NCBI GenBank assembly: GCA_000708835.1
Contig: DF237086.1
Span: 111,079 to 175,078, forward strand
Direction: 5' to 3'
Source: Klebsormidium nitens
Taxonomy: Eukaryota; Plantae; Klebsormidiophyceae
Length of the DNA stretch: 64,000 bases
In this document: positions 47,568 to 60,365 of the stretch, in pieces
Layout of the letters: every line of letters starts with the position of its first letter
How positions within the stretch are numbered: position 1 is the first letter of the stretch
The notes under the pieces: model-generated
What the model was told of the DNA's origin: nothing
Databases searched by the model: none
Seen by the model: the letters and a program-made list of their open reading frames with translations, nothing else
Position numbers and translations under genes: made by a program

Positions 47568-49669
47568 TGTTGCGTAGACAGCAGCTCATTTGTTCGCGTT
47601 GCCTGGGGATGTCAACGGGGGAGGGGAATAAGAAAGCAAGTTTCGTAAAAAGACGATCAGCCATAGGTAGGAACGTTGTCAATTGGAGACAGTGGGTTGC
47701 ATTCAGGTGGATGCCGCCATTTTTGACCAGATCTGGAAGGAATCAATCAGTTTCTTGTCAGCGTTGGGTGCGTCCTCTCACCCGTGAATGGGATTTTGGT
47801 GTACACCGATGTTGATGTTCCTATGCCCACTTTAAGTTTCAAGAAAGGAGCAATCTCGCCACATGCCAGAATTGTGTAGCTGTGAATCTGCATTTATTGG
47901 TCATGCATTTATGTCACCGACTCTAAGTTGACTATATGTGGAAGCAGCCGCATGCACGCATGAAATTTTTCCAGACTTTATCATCCGACTTGAAAGGCTT
48001 CAATTTAAGTGATAAGATCCCGAAGTAACTTGTGGACCAAACTACCCCAAGGAAATTCTCAGTAGAGCTCGATCTGTATAAACCATGAATACGTATACCT
48101 TGCATGCTGGGGGATCTCCAGTGAGCTACATAAGTATAGGCTCAACCGTCTGAGCTGCCATGTGTGTGGTCCTTCAATACCGATCAATATTATTTGCAGA
48201 AGCTCGCACCCGGGCCGGGCATGGCCTTGCGGAAGGGGCATGGGCATCTAAAGCACGCGACCCTTGAAGTCACCATGTGTAGCAAGCTATAATCGAGAAG
48301 AGTTCTGCCAGCCTTTGGGACGTTATGAAGCTACTACGTAGCATGTTCGCATCAGTGCATTTCCCTTAACGAAGTCCTCGAATGATCCCCTTTCAACATC
48401 AGTGCAACTATATGACCCGAATTCCTGGATCGCGTATTCTCTTATCTCAGGGTACATGAAGAGCAGCAGACTTCACATCATTGCATGATCTGAAAGCACC
48501 TCGAGTCACGAGGAACATGGGATCTGGAAGGCTTGACCTTTGTATGCTTTTATCCGTGCCTATTAGTAAGTCTTGAATTTATGGTCTGTGAATCATTAAT
48601 CGTCGGAGTGCTGACAGTCGGCGGCACAGCTGCGCATGATGTGTGCACTTGTCCTCGCCCTACGGTAGACGTCATGAGAATCAGTGCGAGTGATTGTGTG
48701 GCATTGTGTTGAGCTGTAACAATGCCTAGAACGGAATTCAGAAGAATCAAACCCGTCGAAGGCACCTACTAAACTTGCTACTTGCTGGTTGAATTTGGCT
48801 TGGATTGAGAATTCATCTTTTCAACTCCACGCATGGCGATCATTGAACTCAGCAAGTAGTTTGTTTTTTCTAAGGCCAGTAATACTATATTGACTCGAGT
48901 CCTGATTGTACATTCGGTCGGATTTGAATGGATGCAATCAGAACTCCAGAAAGAAGACTTGACTCGCTTGCGGGTTCCTAAGACCATCTCGATCTTACTG
49001 TACATTAAAATGAGCGTTGACATGACTGTTTGAGTACGCGCCTCCACAAGCTTTGTTGTAGTCGCCAATAAAGTCAATCCTTTGCATGATACGAACCCGA
49101 TTGAACCACGAACTTGACATCCAAAGCTCTCAACCACCCATTGCGGTCGTCAATTTTACCTCATGCAGCGGCATATGGTTCTGATCAAAAGAACAAACCC
49201 ATATTCTTCTGACTACCGCGGTCGTCGAAGTACCCTCTGCACAAAACAACGAGCTCAGTTTATGATTTTGTCCAGCACATGCAGAACAGTAAATGCTTCG
49301 CAGAAAAGAAGGGCTCAGAATGTCACACAAGCTTGCACAGAAACGGAGCAAGCCTTCGACTAGGCAGGCAAGTACACAATTCAATCTCATGGCCGACGAG
49401 AAAGTAGGGGCACTCTGACCAAGACGAGCAACAACTGCAAAGAACGAAGGCGAGGCTGCAAAGTGGTCATTTTCAAAGAAGGCCGAAACTTAAAAGCGGG
49501 TGCCAAGATCCTAGGAGTTAAGGGCATCGAAGTCTAAAAGGAACAAGCCGAGATACCACTAACGTAACCTCACTGGGACGGGTAGGGTTAGAATGGTCGT
49601 CAGGGTGGGTCGGGGCGCGGAGCAGGTATCTTTTTGGGTTAGGGTTTTAGTGTTAGTCTGGGCTTAGTA

Positions 49670-52467
49670 TTATTCTGGCTTGTTAAGACACTTCTCGTGT
49701 CTCATTTCGAGGGCGCGTACCTGTTGAGGCGCAGGCCCCGTCCCCGCGGCCCCAGGCCTTTGCGAGGCTTGAGATTGTGGCTCAACGTCGCGCTCCCCGA
49801 GCCGATAGAACTTCGCCAGTGCTTGCGTGAAGAAGGGCCGGATCATGTTCACCTCCATTGCTGACAGGTTGTTGAGCTGCGAGGAAATCGAAAGAGAACT
49901 GACTCTCAAGTGTGAAGTTGCAGGCCGCCAATCTGGCGGTTGCCTTGTCCATAAAGTCCTCCAGAGTGCGCTCGTTGAACAAGGAAGCTTGCTGTCGACC
50001 CGAACGAATGTTGCGGCAACTTATCGGACTTCAGTCAGGACATTCAATGTTGTGTTAAAGCGGAGAAGCCGCAGCCAACGTCGCAAGGAGGCCACGACCC
50101 GGTGAACGAGAGAAGCGGACATAAAAAGCTTTCAGCTGTCAAGTAACCTGGAGTGAGCGAACCAGGAAGAGGAGGTGGAAGCCAGAGCAAGTGCCGACAT
50201 GAACAGGGCAACTTTAAGTGACAAGCATAGGCCCAATCAAGAACGACACGGCCGCAAAACCTGGCAGACAGAAACAGTCTCTGGTCGATCAGAAAGAGAT
50301 AATTCGCGAAAAACAGAGGGGATGAAGGAAGAGGGTAAAAGAAGGAAGATCTACGACGAGTGAGACGGAGTTGTAAGGACCTCCGCCCAAATTCTATGTC
50401 GATGTTAAGCAAATGGTCATTCTCAGCCGCAACTGTGGCAATCAAAGTCTTGAATAGGAACTAGAAGGGGCCCCTAAAGGAGTTGTACCCTAGTGCTTAG
50501 GTGAGGGATCGATGTGCATGGACACACCTTGGCAGCACTTTGGCGATTGTCAACCGTTTTGAGACCATCCTGGATCTTGCCGTATCTCACTTCTCGAAGA
50601 TCTTCCACCAAGGCTCGTACCTGGTAGAAACATTCAAAGTAAAATAATCGAGAAGAATGACGAGACACTACAAGCAATTGGAGGCAAACACAGGACGGTC
50701 CAGAAGCTTGCCGACTTCTGCCATAATACAATTTATTGCTTCAACTGTTATTGGAAGGCCCCAATCCGTACCTTATAGGAATTCGGGATGTCGTTCAATG
50801 CACTGCAGAAAAGGGATGAATAATCGTTTCAGTTAATATGGAACAGTCAAAGAGCAGTTTGCACATTCCATGCTCCGACAGTATTTCAAGCAATTTTGGC
50901 ACCAAATGAAGGAGTATAACAAGTTGCTGGATTCGGGCAAGCAGATTTCGTTTCGATTGAAAGGTTATCACTCACCAGTCAAACAGAATCTCGGAAATTT
51001 CAATGTAGTGGTAGTGCACGGGCTGGAACTCAGCAGCGTACTCTTGCTCCCTTCCAATTACGCTGGTCAGCTCGTCTGAAGATATACGAAAACAGAGTTC
51101 ACAAATGTATTGCACAAGGGCAGAGTTCTTCATAACTCAAGGTAGTACCGTGAGGGAAGGGTGAAAAGAACTCTGGAGAGGGAGTGAAAAAGACCATGAA
51201 ACGACATAAGCTTTTGTTGACAAATCAGAAGGATCCTAATGGCTGATTAGGGAAAATTGAAGGTTTACTACCCGTCTGATGATCTATCGCTGGCCCAGCC
51301 AGGGGGGCCTGCAATGAACCATATTGTAACACGATGTCTGAGAAGCAAGGGTGACAGGAGGCACGAGGATGAGACATGTGCCCTTAGGTTGAGGAACTGA
51401 CCCACACTCATCCACTCTGGCAATTGAATGGAACATTTGCCCCTCTTTTTCAGAAGCACGGCCAGCCAGATTGGTACAGTTGTTGGAATCTGCGGTCGGA
51501 ACGGCCCAAACTCGCCCTGCGAAATATGAAAAACTTTTTGAATTCAATCAGACCCCTCCAACGTTCATAAAGGAGTCCAGAGCTTCTAAGAAACTCAAAT
51601 GTGCATTCACTAGAAGCTTTTGACAACTTAACATTCAGTTGTGGGCCCCTCGTGTAACATGCTAGGCATGGACCACGTAAGCGACGTCTTCTGAGAATTG
51701 AATTCAATCAGACCCCTCCAACGTTCATAAAGGAGTTCAACGCTTTCAGAAAACTCAAAACGTGGACCAATAAAAAGGCTTATAAACACTGACATTAAAT
51801 TGTGGGGCTCGTGTAACATGCTAGGAATGGACCACATAAGCAATGTCTTCTGTGATTTTCTTCCACTTGTAGTCAGCCAGTGCAGAAAGACTTACCTTTA
51901 TCATATACAAAGCGTCCAATCTAAAATTTGGGATTATGTCAATCAACTCGTCCTCAGCCTGAAACTCAACCTGCATTCAGAAAGACATGGTGATTGTAGC
52001 AGACGTGTACGCTACCTAGGCTTTTGAAGAAACTGCAGTTGCGGGAGCAAGGAGTCACATAATGATAGCGTCCATACTTTCTCTGGGGGGGCAACCTCAA
52101 TGAAGGATCCAGTAAAATCTGATATTTGTAGCATTTACAACAGCCACAGAGTTGTGTCACTACTTTTTCGTCAAATGATTGACACAGTCACAATATTTGC
52201 AAAGTGTCATAGCAACGCCATGATGATGGCAGCTTGGCGGTCATTCTTCCAAAAGGTGAATGTGATCGTCACTCTTTCAGAAGATGGATATGAAGATGGT
52301 AGGTCATGCGCAAATGAGTTGACAATCATGACTTTTTCTCAATCAGAATGTTGAGAGCAAGTGCCCACTTTTTGCCATGGAAAGCATGGAAGGTGGATGC
52401 AAACCAAACCTAGTCTGACCTCAGAGGGTAAGAAATGCCCTGACTTCGCGGAGAATTGGGTCACCAT
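49670..52467 (-). CDS. PSF2: GINS complex subunit PSF2 (DNA replication)
   Basis: Exons 52467-52420, 51970-51896, 51516-51402, 51075-50976, 50802-50772, 50620-50528, 49876-49721 are phase-consistent: VEFQAEDELIDIIPNF, GEFGPFRPQIPTTVPIWLAVLLKKRGKCSI..PEWMSV, HYIEISEILF, VRALVEDLREVR..KI, LNNLSAMEVNMIRPFF. The final short exon or read-through stop is unresolved; 49670 is the read-through stop. Confidence 0.9.
51538..51854. repeat. ~160-bp tandem duplication inside PSF2 intron 2
   Basis: ttgaattcaatcagacccctccaacgttcataaaggagt at 51538 and 51698; ctcgtgtaacatgctagg(c/a)atggaccac is also present in both copies. Confidence 0.92.
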
Positions 52468-52636
52468 TTTGGGGGTCACTGCACGCGGCATCTGAAAGTC
52501 ACTACTTATTACTCACTTGCAGGCCAAAAGAAGGAGCTGTAAGCACTTTCTTTATATAGATCAGCGCCACTGCTTCCCTTCCATAACACCAGATCGCACT
52601 CTTTCTTATCGATTCAGGAACTCTTCTAATATCTTT

Positions 52637-55587
52637 TCAAGATTTCATGAAAGTATTGCAGTCGGTGGGGATAGCGGTGATGCGATGATGTGACGTTTCC
52701 TCCATATCCTCACAACCCTCCTGTCAGCATGTGCGTCATGTTTGATCCAAAGTGGCACATTTCTAAGAACCCCATCTATGGGCGCCTATTCGATTGCAGT
52801 CTCCGAAAGTCAATCTACTTACGAACCCGGCAAGTCGCTCATTTGCACACAATTGCACTCCGGCTTCAGTCGGGCCCCTCACCGCTTCACATTAGACAAA
52901 GATACATGCAATGTTGCATTGGATACCGAGTCCTGACTCACTAACCTGAAGCCTGCTTCTGATACGGTTGTCCACCTCTTGCAACGTCGTTTCTTCCTCG
53001 ACTTCAATAACTCCTCGGAAGGAGCAACCTACCAGCTACACAGAGAAGTTTCCCACCTCTGCAGGTGCCAATAACCATCCTGAGGCTGCAACCTGCTCCG
53101 GGCTGTCGAGCTGTCTACGCACACATGCACCTGTCTACGCAAACATGCACCTGCGTCTGTCAGGAAGCACCATCGCCGCTTCTGCGATGCAGAATGAAGT
53201 CTGCGCATGGCAAATGGGGGACCTCCAATCTGCCTCCAAATTCCAATGCCCTAGGCCCGGGGCCGTAGCGTTGTTCATGACCGAGACCAGCGCTCTTTTG
53301 CCATGCTGTCCAGAGCTCCTCCCACCTACCTAATCACACTAGATATCAAAAGTACGGTATCATCGCGAAAATACTATAAACTCAATACGAGGGGCCTGCA
53401 GGAGCTGTTCTTATCGTATGAAAGCTAGAAAAGAGCAATATATGGATTTCTGTGAATGCTTTTGGCTTTTCTTTTTTGGCCATGCAACTTCAGTCTCGGT
53501 ATGTTTTGACCTCCAAATGCGTCACATAATAAACAAGCATTATATGTGGAGATGATTGGTCGATAGGTCGACTTTCCACACCCCTCAAGAGCCCTTAATA
53601 TTATGTGTAATAGTGGGTTATGGCGGGCTTGCCGCTGCTTTTCATTGTCAAGTTCAAGGCGTTCTCCGCTTCAGTGAGAAGACGTTTTCCTGACGCCCGG
53701 CCCGCATTGGGCAGTACTCGCCTTGCCAATGGCAACAGCAGATGTCACGACAGAACGTTCCTGTAGGGGGGATTTGAAGTTTTGGCTGCTAGCGAGAATT
53801 CTTCACAAGGCACTTGAGTAGTTGCTTGCAAGAAAGAAGTGAAGTGGGGGAAGAACAGGGGAAGAACACGAAGTGTCCTATTAGTTTGTGCATTTACTGC
53901 GCTAGAAACAATAGCAACCACCAGCCTTCGACAGCCGGGCTGATCCACGAAGTCAGCATGTCAGTGGCGGTTTCTCTGGTCAGCGCCCAGGCCGGGGGAA
54001 GGGCGTTGAGTTATCGGTGTATTCCGGCAGGACCTGGGAGTAACATGCGAGGAATTTCAGGTACCTCGTCAACTTTCGGATGCAATCACAAAAGTTGGAT
54101 TGGCCTGCAACCTGGGGGCTATGAGGTCCAGGATATCAAAATTTTCTGTAAACCAATGGTGGCAGCGCATCCATCCAGACTCACCAGAACAGGGTTTGCT
54201 GTTCTGCCGTTTGTGTTCGCTGCGTTGTGCAGATGGTTGACCAGACAAAACAGCAGCCATGGATAATGTTGAGTTGCTTCTTTGTCCAGGGGACTTTCTC
54301 AAGCAGGGACATTCTTGTTGTTGCTTGTTGACAGCTTTGCAAGCCTGCAAGCAGGTCTGCTTTGCAAAATCTGCAGGCTCAGTCTCCTTAGAAAAGTTGG
54401 TTTTGGGTACAGTTTCATTGACGTGAAATCTCTCTGATGCTCCTGGACCTTTCGTGTTGTCCAGGTCAAGCGCTTTTCGCCGCCCCATCCGCGCATCGCC
54501 TCCAACAACGGGCAGAGCATCGACGATTTGAGCTTTGTGCGGGATATGGCGGTGTGGTGAGGGCGGAGGAGCAGGGGGAGCGGCCCAGTCAGCACAACGT
54601 GCGTTTGTTTTCTTACCACTAAGCAAAGTTATATGTGGTTTTCTTTTTGTACCACTCCGCTGAATTTCTCAGTGTTTTGGGAAATCCATAGCCTTGTCTT
54701 TGTCTTACTTCAGCGGTGTACATGTATCTCAGGTTTGCATTTCATATTTCCATGGAGCACTTTCTCAAGCACCAGCCAGCTTGAATCTCCGAGCCGGTAC
54801 GTACGGCTGTATGAGAGTGATTGCTGGAGTCTGGGTTTACAACGGGGGTGCTCGTGAGCAACATGGTCAAGGCAGGGAGTGCTGCAAAAAGCCTTCAGAT
54901 TAGAGCCAAGGATGGCCCATTGAGCTGGAGACAGGGCAGGTGCATGCACCATGAGAAGTCAGCACTCCGCAATGGGCTAGAGTATGGTCATAGTGCACCT
55001 GTTCCGCGAATTTGTGGTGTCTGCACCTACTGTATAGACACTCCCAAACCCGCACAGAAGCAAAATTAGAAATGGTCAATCAAGGAGGTAGTCACCACAA
55101 TCCACCCGGTAGATTTGTCTGTTGTCGACCAGGTTCCTCGCCCCACCTGGAGCACGTTGGCCTGGGAACGTCCCTCTGCTTGTCTTCCTCTGGTTGCCTG
55201 TCCCTTCAGAAGTAGTTGTCACGGATTCTAATGAAACTTTCTTTGAAGTTGTGTTTTGAGGCCATCTTGGTACTTTTTGTTGAATGATGCCACTTCTCGT
55301 TTATCGCCAGCCCTGCAGATGCTGGACTGCCTGGAACTCAAAACTACGAAAGAGGTCGTACAACAACATTCAATGGTGTGTATTCTTGGGTGGCCACCTT
55401 CACTCCTGACCCTGTACTTAAGAAGCGTTAAAATCTGGCTCAGCTCTTCAGGTGCATAAGCACTGCTGCTGGTCATTGCTGACCATTCGTCGACACCGTA
55501 CTCGGAGCGGGGGTCGGTGCCAGGGGTTTTGACTGGTTTTCTTAAGCAGAAACGAGGGCGGCTCGGTTTGTGCTCAAGCTCAGGCAT
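52637..55587 (-). CDS. Putative multi-exon gene of unknown function; upstream exons unresolved
   Basis: Two phase-0 exons with good splice sites: 53035-52946 (LVGCSFRGVIEVEEETTLQEVDNRIRSRLQ) and 52720-52637 (EGCED..FMKS*). ORFs at 54069-54626 and 55228-55587 may supply upstream exons, but I could not build a full model. Confidence 0.3.
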
Positions 55588-55699
55588 GTCATCCAGTCAA
55601 ATTATGAGTTGGTATAATGACTGAACAACGACATTTAAATTGAGTGTGGCAAGAAAGTTTGGCTAAAGCTTTTTCTGAAAAGACTCAACTCATTTGCAG

Positions 55700-56639
55700 G
55701 TGGTTACTGTCCATGTCAACGACGACGACCTGACCTTCACATCCGACGCACCCGCGCATGCCATCCTGGCGCACCTGGAGGTCATCGCCGGACCGGGCAT
55801 CCTTGTGCGAGCCGGCGACTTTTACTCTCCACTCAAAGACGAAAAGGTGCCAGCTGGAGACTATGCGTTCAGAACAGGTGAAGGACTGCGGTCTTTTGGT
55901 CCCAAGCTGCCATTTGCGACTTGTGCGTACTAATCAAGACCCATGGATCTACGATTTCTTTTAACTCATGACGCTTACTACTGAGGTATTGCTTTTTTAA
56001 TGTCGTCTGCTTACAAGTTGGCAGTGGGATCTGTTGGATATCGAAGGGGCCTCGACGAGCTCTGATGCTGAGTTGGAAAGGTGGAAGACCACTTTGAAAT
56101 GGTGCAACCACGGATTTATATCCTTGTGGTGTGTCCTAGTGGCTGTGAGACCGACAAGGACATGTTCTTAATCGAGTTGACTTCTCCACACTCCAGCAGT
56201 CGAAGTTCTCATCATTGTTGTGGAACACTGCCCTATCAGTGCCCATATTCGTCTCTCAAGATGTATTCAGAGTCAATGGGCCAATAGTCAGTGCGCTTAT
56301 GTGTCCAATAATCTCTCATCATATTGGTCTGTGGCAGCATGTAATGTAATCGTACCTCCAAATTGGTCATTTTCACGGAGTCTCACGATCAGCTTGAACT
56401 GGGATTCCTTTTCCATGGTCCGCTTTTTCCAGTCTTGATCGGGTAGCTCCAATTAGGTCTTCTACGTCAATTCTATCGCATTTTTGACTTTTAAACCGCC
56501 TCTTCGCAGCCTCTACGCCTTTTATTGATTGTCTTCTTGGTGCTGATATTCAGGTGAGTCGAAGGCCGTTGTCGGCACAAGGGAGCAGGCCGCAGTCTCG
56601 CAGGAACTGCAGGCGATGAGAGCAGAGATTGCCAAGATG
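55700..56639 (+). CDS. Two spliced exons of an unknown gene (beta-rich N-terminal segment, then coiled-coil-like segment); ends unresolved
   Basis: 55700-55877 (VVTVHVNDDDLTF..GILVRAGD..VPAGDYAFRT) and 56554-56639 (GESKAV..QELQAMRAEIAKM) have canonical AG/GT sites and matching phase 1. Confidence 0.4.
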
Positions 56640-58981
56640 GTAAGTGGCCAGAATTCATTCCTACTGCTCGGCTTGGACTACTTTTTTCGCAAAGCTTTTA
56701 CTTAGTATGTTTCTTGGTGATAACGTATGAACCTTCAGTATGGAGAAGCTTGAGAGACGCGTTTGCTTAATGGAGATGTCAAAAGGGGTTTCAAGGTTTG
56801 GCAATTCAAATGATGTTTACCTTCTTCTGGCAGCGATTAAGACGCAAGTACTTCCTGTAAACAGGCATCCGAGGCCCCTTCGTTGGGGGAGTTGTGGAAG
56901 AACTGGGTGGTGGTAGGCGGCTATTTTCCGGCCACATGGGGACCCCCGGCTTTGAGGGTAGTAGGCACGATTTTAGAAAAAGATCTAGATTTCTTGGATT
57001 CCGTTCTTGGCGCCGCGAAGGATTCTTTGGGTCCCTTCGTGGTGGTTAGATAGACTGCGAAGAAATCTTGCGGAGGGCTCGGTTGAAGGATGGAGCTGGC
57101 GATTGAAGCAAGAGGAGGACGAAGGTGGAGTCCGGGAGGTAGAGGAAGCATGTTTTCTGTCCGCGTTACAGTATTTACATTGCGATTGAGAAATGGCACC
57201 ATGTTGTCTTGAGTCCCATATTTGGATGTAAGATGGATTAGAGCGCTTAGTTTCAAACAAGTAATCCAAGCATGTCGATTCTCTATTTGCGTTGCAAGAC
57301 AATGGGAAGGTTCTGACGAGTGCGGCACCGCGCATGTTACGAGACGGCTTCACACCATGTAACCAATCACCAACTCTACTCGAAGTGTGTGGCGACTATT
57401 GCATTGCACCGCTCTGAAGTATGGACGGTCTGCAGAAAATTGATCGATTTTCGCATCGTGGCACTCACTGGTGCTACATATCGATCTACATGCACCCATT
57501 TGTTTGCAATGAGTTCGACGAGGCAAACGCATGCCAACTCATCAATAGATCAACAAAACCTTGAAGCCTGTAAGTTCCACCTCATCTGGTATAAATTGGT
57601 CGGATTCAAATGATGGAAGCCTGACCAAGCAGATACGTTTATATACTCCCGCCCTAAATCACCAAATTTTACATTGATCTCTTTTCGCTTAGATTTGAAA
57701 GAGAACTGCGTTCATGGCGTTTCCACCTTGCATTTACCCTCTCACTTGTTGCATGAACTACCCAAGTTCAAACAAGCGGTGAACCGATGGTCACTTCTTT
57801 TTATACACGCTTTAAAGCCTCACATGGGCCCATATGATAGCGCAGAAACAAGCGCCGCCGGAGTTTGGGCTTCATCAAATATGTTACTGTTCTAGTTACC
57901 GAGCAGTCACTAACGCGACAAAGCAACATGACTATCATGCCAATGCTACATGTCACCAAAATGTTTATTGGCACTGGCTTAGCTGCAAGTGACCAAGTGC
58001 TTAGCTGCAAGTGACCAAGTTACTATATCGGCGACCTAACGAAAGCCTATTTATTATTCAACTCAGTTGCCCTTCTTCTTCGAGCAGTTATTGCCAGCCT
58101 TCGGCAAGTTCCGGAGCAGCAGCTGGATGATCTCGCCTGCATTACCGGAGCAGGCACCGCCGACCGGACGCCAATGCCTGCGCCGCAGCTGCACGCCCCG
58201 CATCCAGCGCCGCATGCCGCCTGTGGCGGCAGTGCCAGTGGCTGCCCGAATAGCCCGGGCCGCAGAAGATCCGTGAACCTCCCGTCCCGGTTGTGTTCGC
58301 CCCCGCAAATACGGTTCCCGCCGCCCCCCAATTGCGCCGAACTGAATCTCTCCACAACGAGTCCAAGATGCGCTAGCTTCTCCTCATAGTTTCCCAAAAA
58401 GCGCTCCCCGGTGCAGTGATCGGGGAAGCATATGGCCCACGTTTTGAGCGGCAGGCCAACTCGCGACCCGGGCATGTCCAGTGCTGCGTGAGCACTTCAA
58501 GGACGGCAATGCTCGATCAGTCCCCCTGCGGGGGCAGGTGGGTACTGAGCCGAATCTACATTTTCCAGACGGATTCACAAAAGTCATATCGGAAGCGTCC
58601 GATGAATTTTCACGTCCTCAGAACCGCTGATCATGTGATTCGTTTCGAAGAAGAAGCCGGGGCTCTGATAAATTTGAACAGACTAATGATGAGTAGACTG
58701 CAGTCCCAACCTTGATTGGGATCATGACAAAGCTGAATGTTGCGACTTTGAGCTGGTGCCATGGCTGCGGCAGCTATAGAATCTCAAGCTGTGGCACCAC
58801 CACAACTCGAGCGCACAGCTACCTCTTCTTGTCAGAAGCATGTTCCTTTCTCACCTATAAGCTAATGCAAGGCACATGCTGCACATGGCATGTTCTTTCA
58901 GGGGACTGCACCGAGCCGCCAGCCCGCAAGTCTGCGCAAGAAGGGTTTGAAGGTTTGAGCCCGCCAGGGAAAATTGCACCG

Positions 58982-59197
58982 ACGAGGCGGGCGGAGCCCG
59001 CCAGCCTCGTTCCGTCGGGCGGGCGCAGCCCGCCAGGCGGGTTCCGCCCGGAGGGCGGAACTAGCTAGGCGGTTCCAGTCTAGCGGGCGCAGCCCGCCAG
59101 GGCGCTGTTCCGCCCGAAGGGCGGATGCCAGCCAAGCGGTTCCGCTCTGGCGGGCGCAGCCCGCCAGGCTGGTTCCGCCCGGAGGGCGGAAGCCAGC
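58982..59197 (+). repeat. GC-rich array of seven GNA-triloop hairpins with ~65-bp period
   Basis: Type A, ggcgggc-G(C/G)A-gcccgcc, has loops at 58993, 59025, 59089, 59156. Type B, ttccgccc-G(G/A)A-gggcggaa, has loops at 59050, 59116, 59181. Confidence 0.9.
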
Positions 59198-60365
59198 AGC
59201 CAGGCGTTCCTCCACAAAAATCCGCAATATTCTCATATGTCTCAAAAACTCAACCGAGAAGAGTTGAGAATGTCATGAAGTTCTGCCGCCCCTCGTTAGA
59301 AACCTCCGATCTACAGCCCGAATCAGTACCCAAACCGCGGATTGTGAATTTTTAAGTCGATGTTTTCGCAAAATGGGAAGAAACGACCCATATTAGCTCA
59401 AAGCGTCAATTGTTTTAAGGGAGACTGGAGCTTTGAACTTCCACTCTCGTCTTGACTGTTGCAAGCACATCTCTGTCCAGGCTCTGAGACTGTAGGCCAG
59501 ATCCATCTTTGGAGATGGCTACCATACAAAGCTGGCAAAGGGTTGAACGCTTCAGAGACTGCGTGCTGCACTAGGAAAGGTTTGAGAAAGGTTGCTGAAC
59601 CGATGTTGTTGTGGCAGCCTGGACTGGTCAGCTGGTCAGCAAGTAGACTAGCTAGGTTCTGCAGTGCTGGTAATCGTATGTCCTGGAGCGGGCTGCTCTG
59701 TGTCCATTGTACATGTTGGAGCAACGGAGCAAGGCATCATGGGTAAGGCATACATTTGAAGATGTTTCCAATGCGGGGGTGGATCTCAAAAGATTGTACT
59801 TCCAGAAGCTTCTTTTAGATTGGGCGCCTGAGTTTGTGCTGTCACTTTCTTTGTACGTTGTTATGTTCAGTGTTGAGCGATGCTTGACTTTAGAGCCAAC
59901 TCTGCATGCTTCTAGCATTCAATGGTGGGCGCAGCTTCAACAGAGCAACAGTGCAAGGTTGCCATCTGCAAACTCATGTTGTCGATGCACAAGTTAGACA
60001 TTGGGTGGAAAGCTTCATAGCCAGATTTTATATATATTTTTGAATGCTTTATGCACTAAATGAGGAGCACTGCAGGAATTGATCTGCTTGTCAAGCCTTT
60101 TGAATTGTTTTTGAAACTTCCTGATGGTTGAACGCAGCTTCTGCCCTGGAGCAAACTGAACTGTGTTCAAGTACTCTAACCGAAAGCAGCTAGGTTCTTC
60201 TGCTGTTCAAGCTGCGCCTTGGCTGCGATTTGCACCCAAGAGCTCAACTGCACTGTGAACTAGACATTCTTTGGAACTCATAGTGAAAAGCCCTTATAAA
60301 GCTAGCGGCCTGCCAGTGATTGTCGTTCACATCAGATTGATCGGTGAAGATGCTCAACCTATCTA

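Noticed and set aside
49640-49647. Telobox/telomere-like tagggttt
   Set aside because: A single copy in intron/3' sequence, not a promoter position or telomeric array.
57977-58020. 22-bp direct duplication, and a similar ~26-bp one at 41283-41327
   Set aside because: Real but trivial two-copy micro-duplications with no further structure.
58047-58475. Minus-strand ORF with CFPDHCTG (metallo-beta-lactamase-like HCTG) and CGAGCGACSCG
   Set aside because: The motif is too short, the other MBL motifs are absent, and all three frames are open in this GC-rich patch, so coding status cannot be supported.
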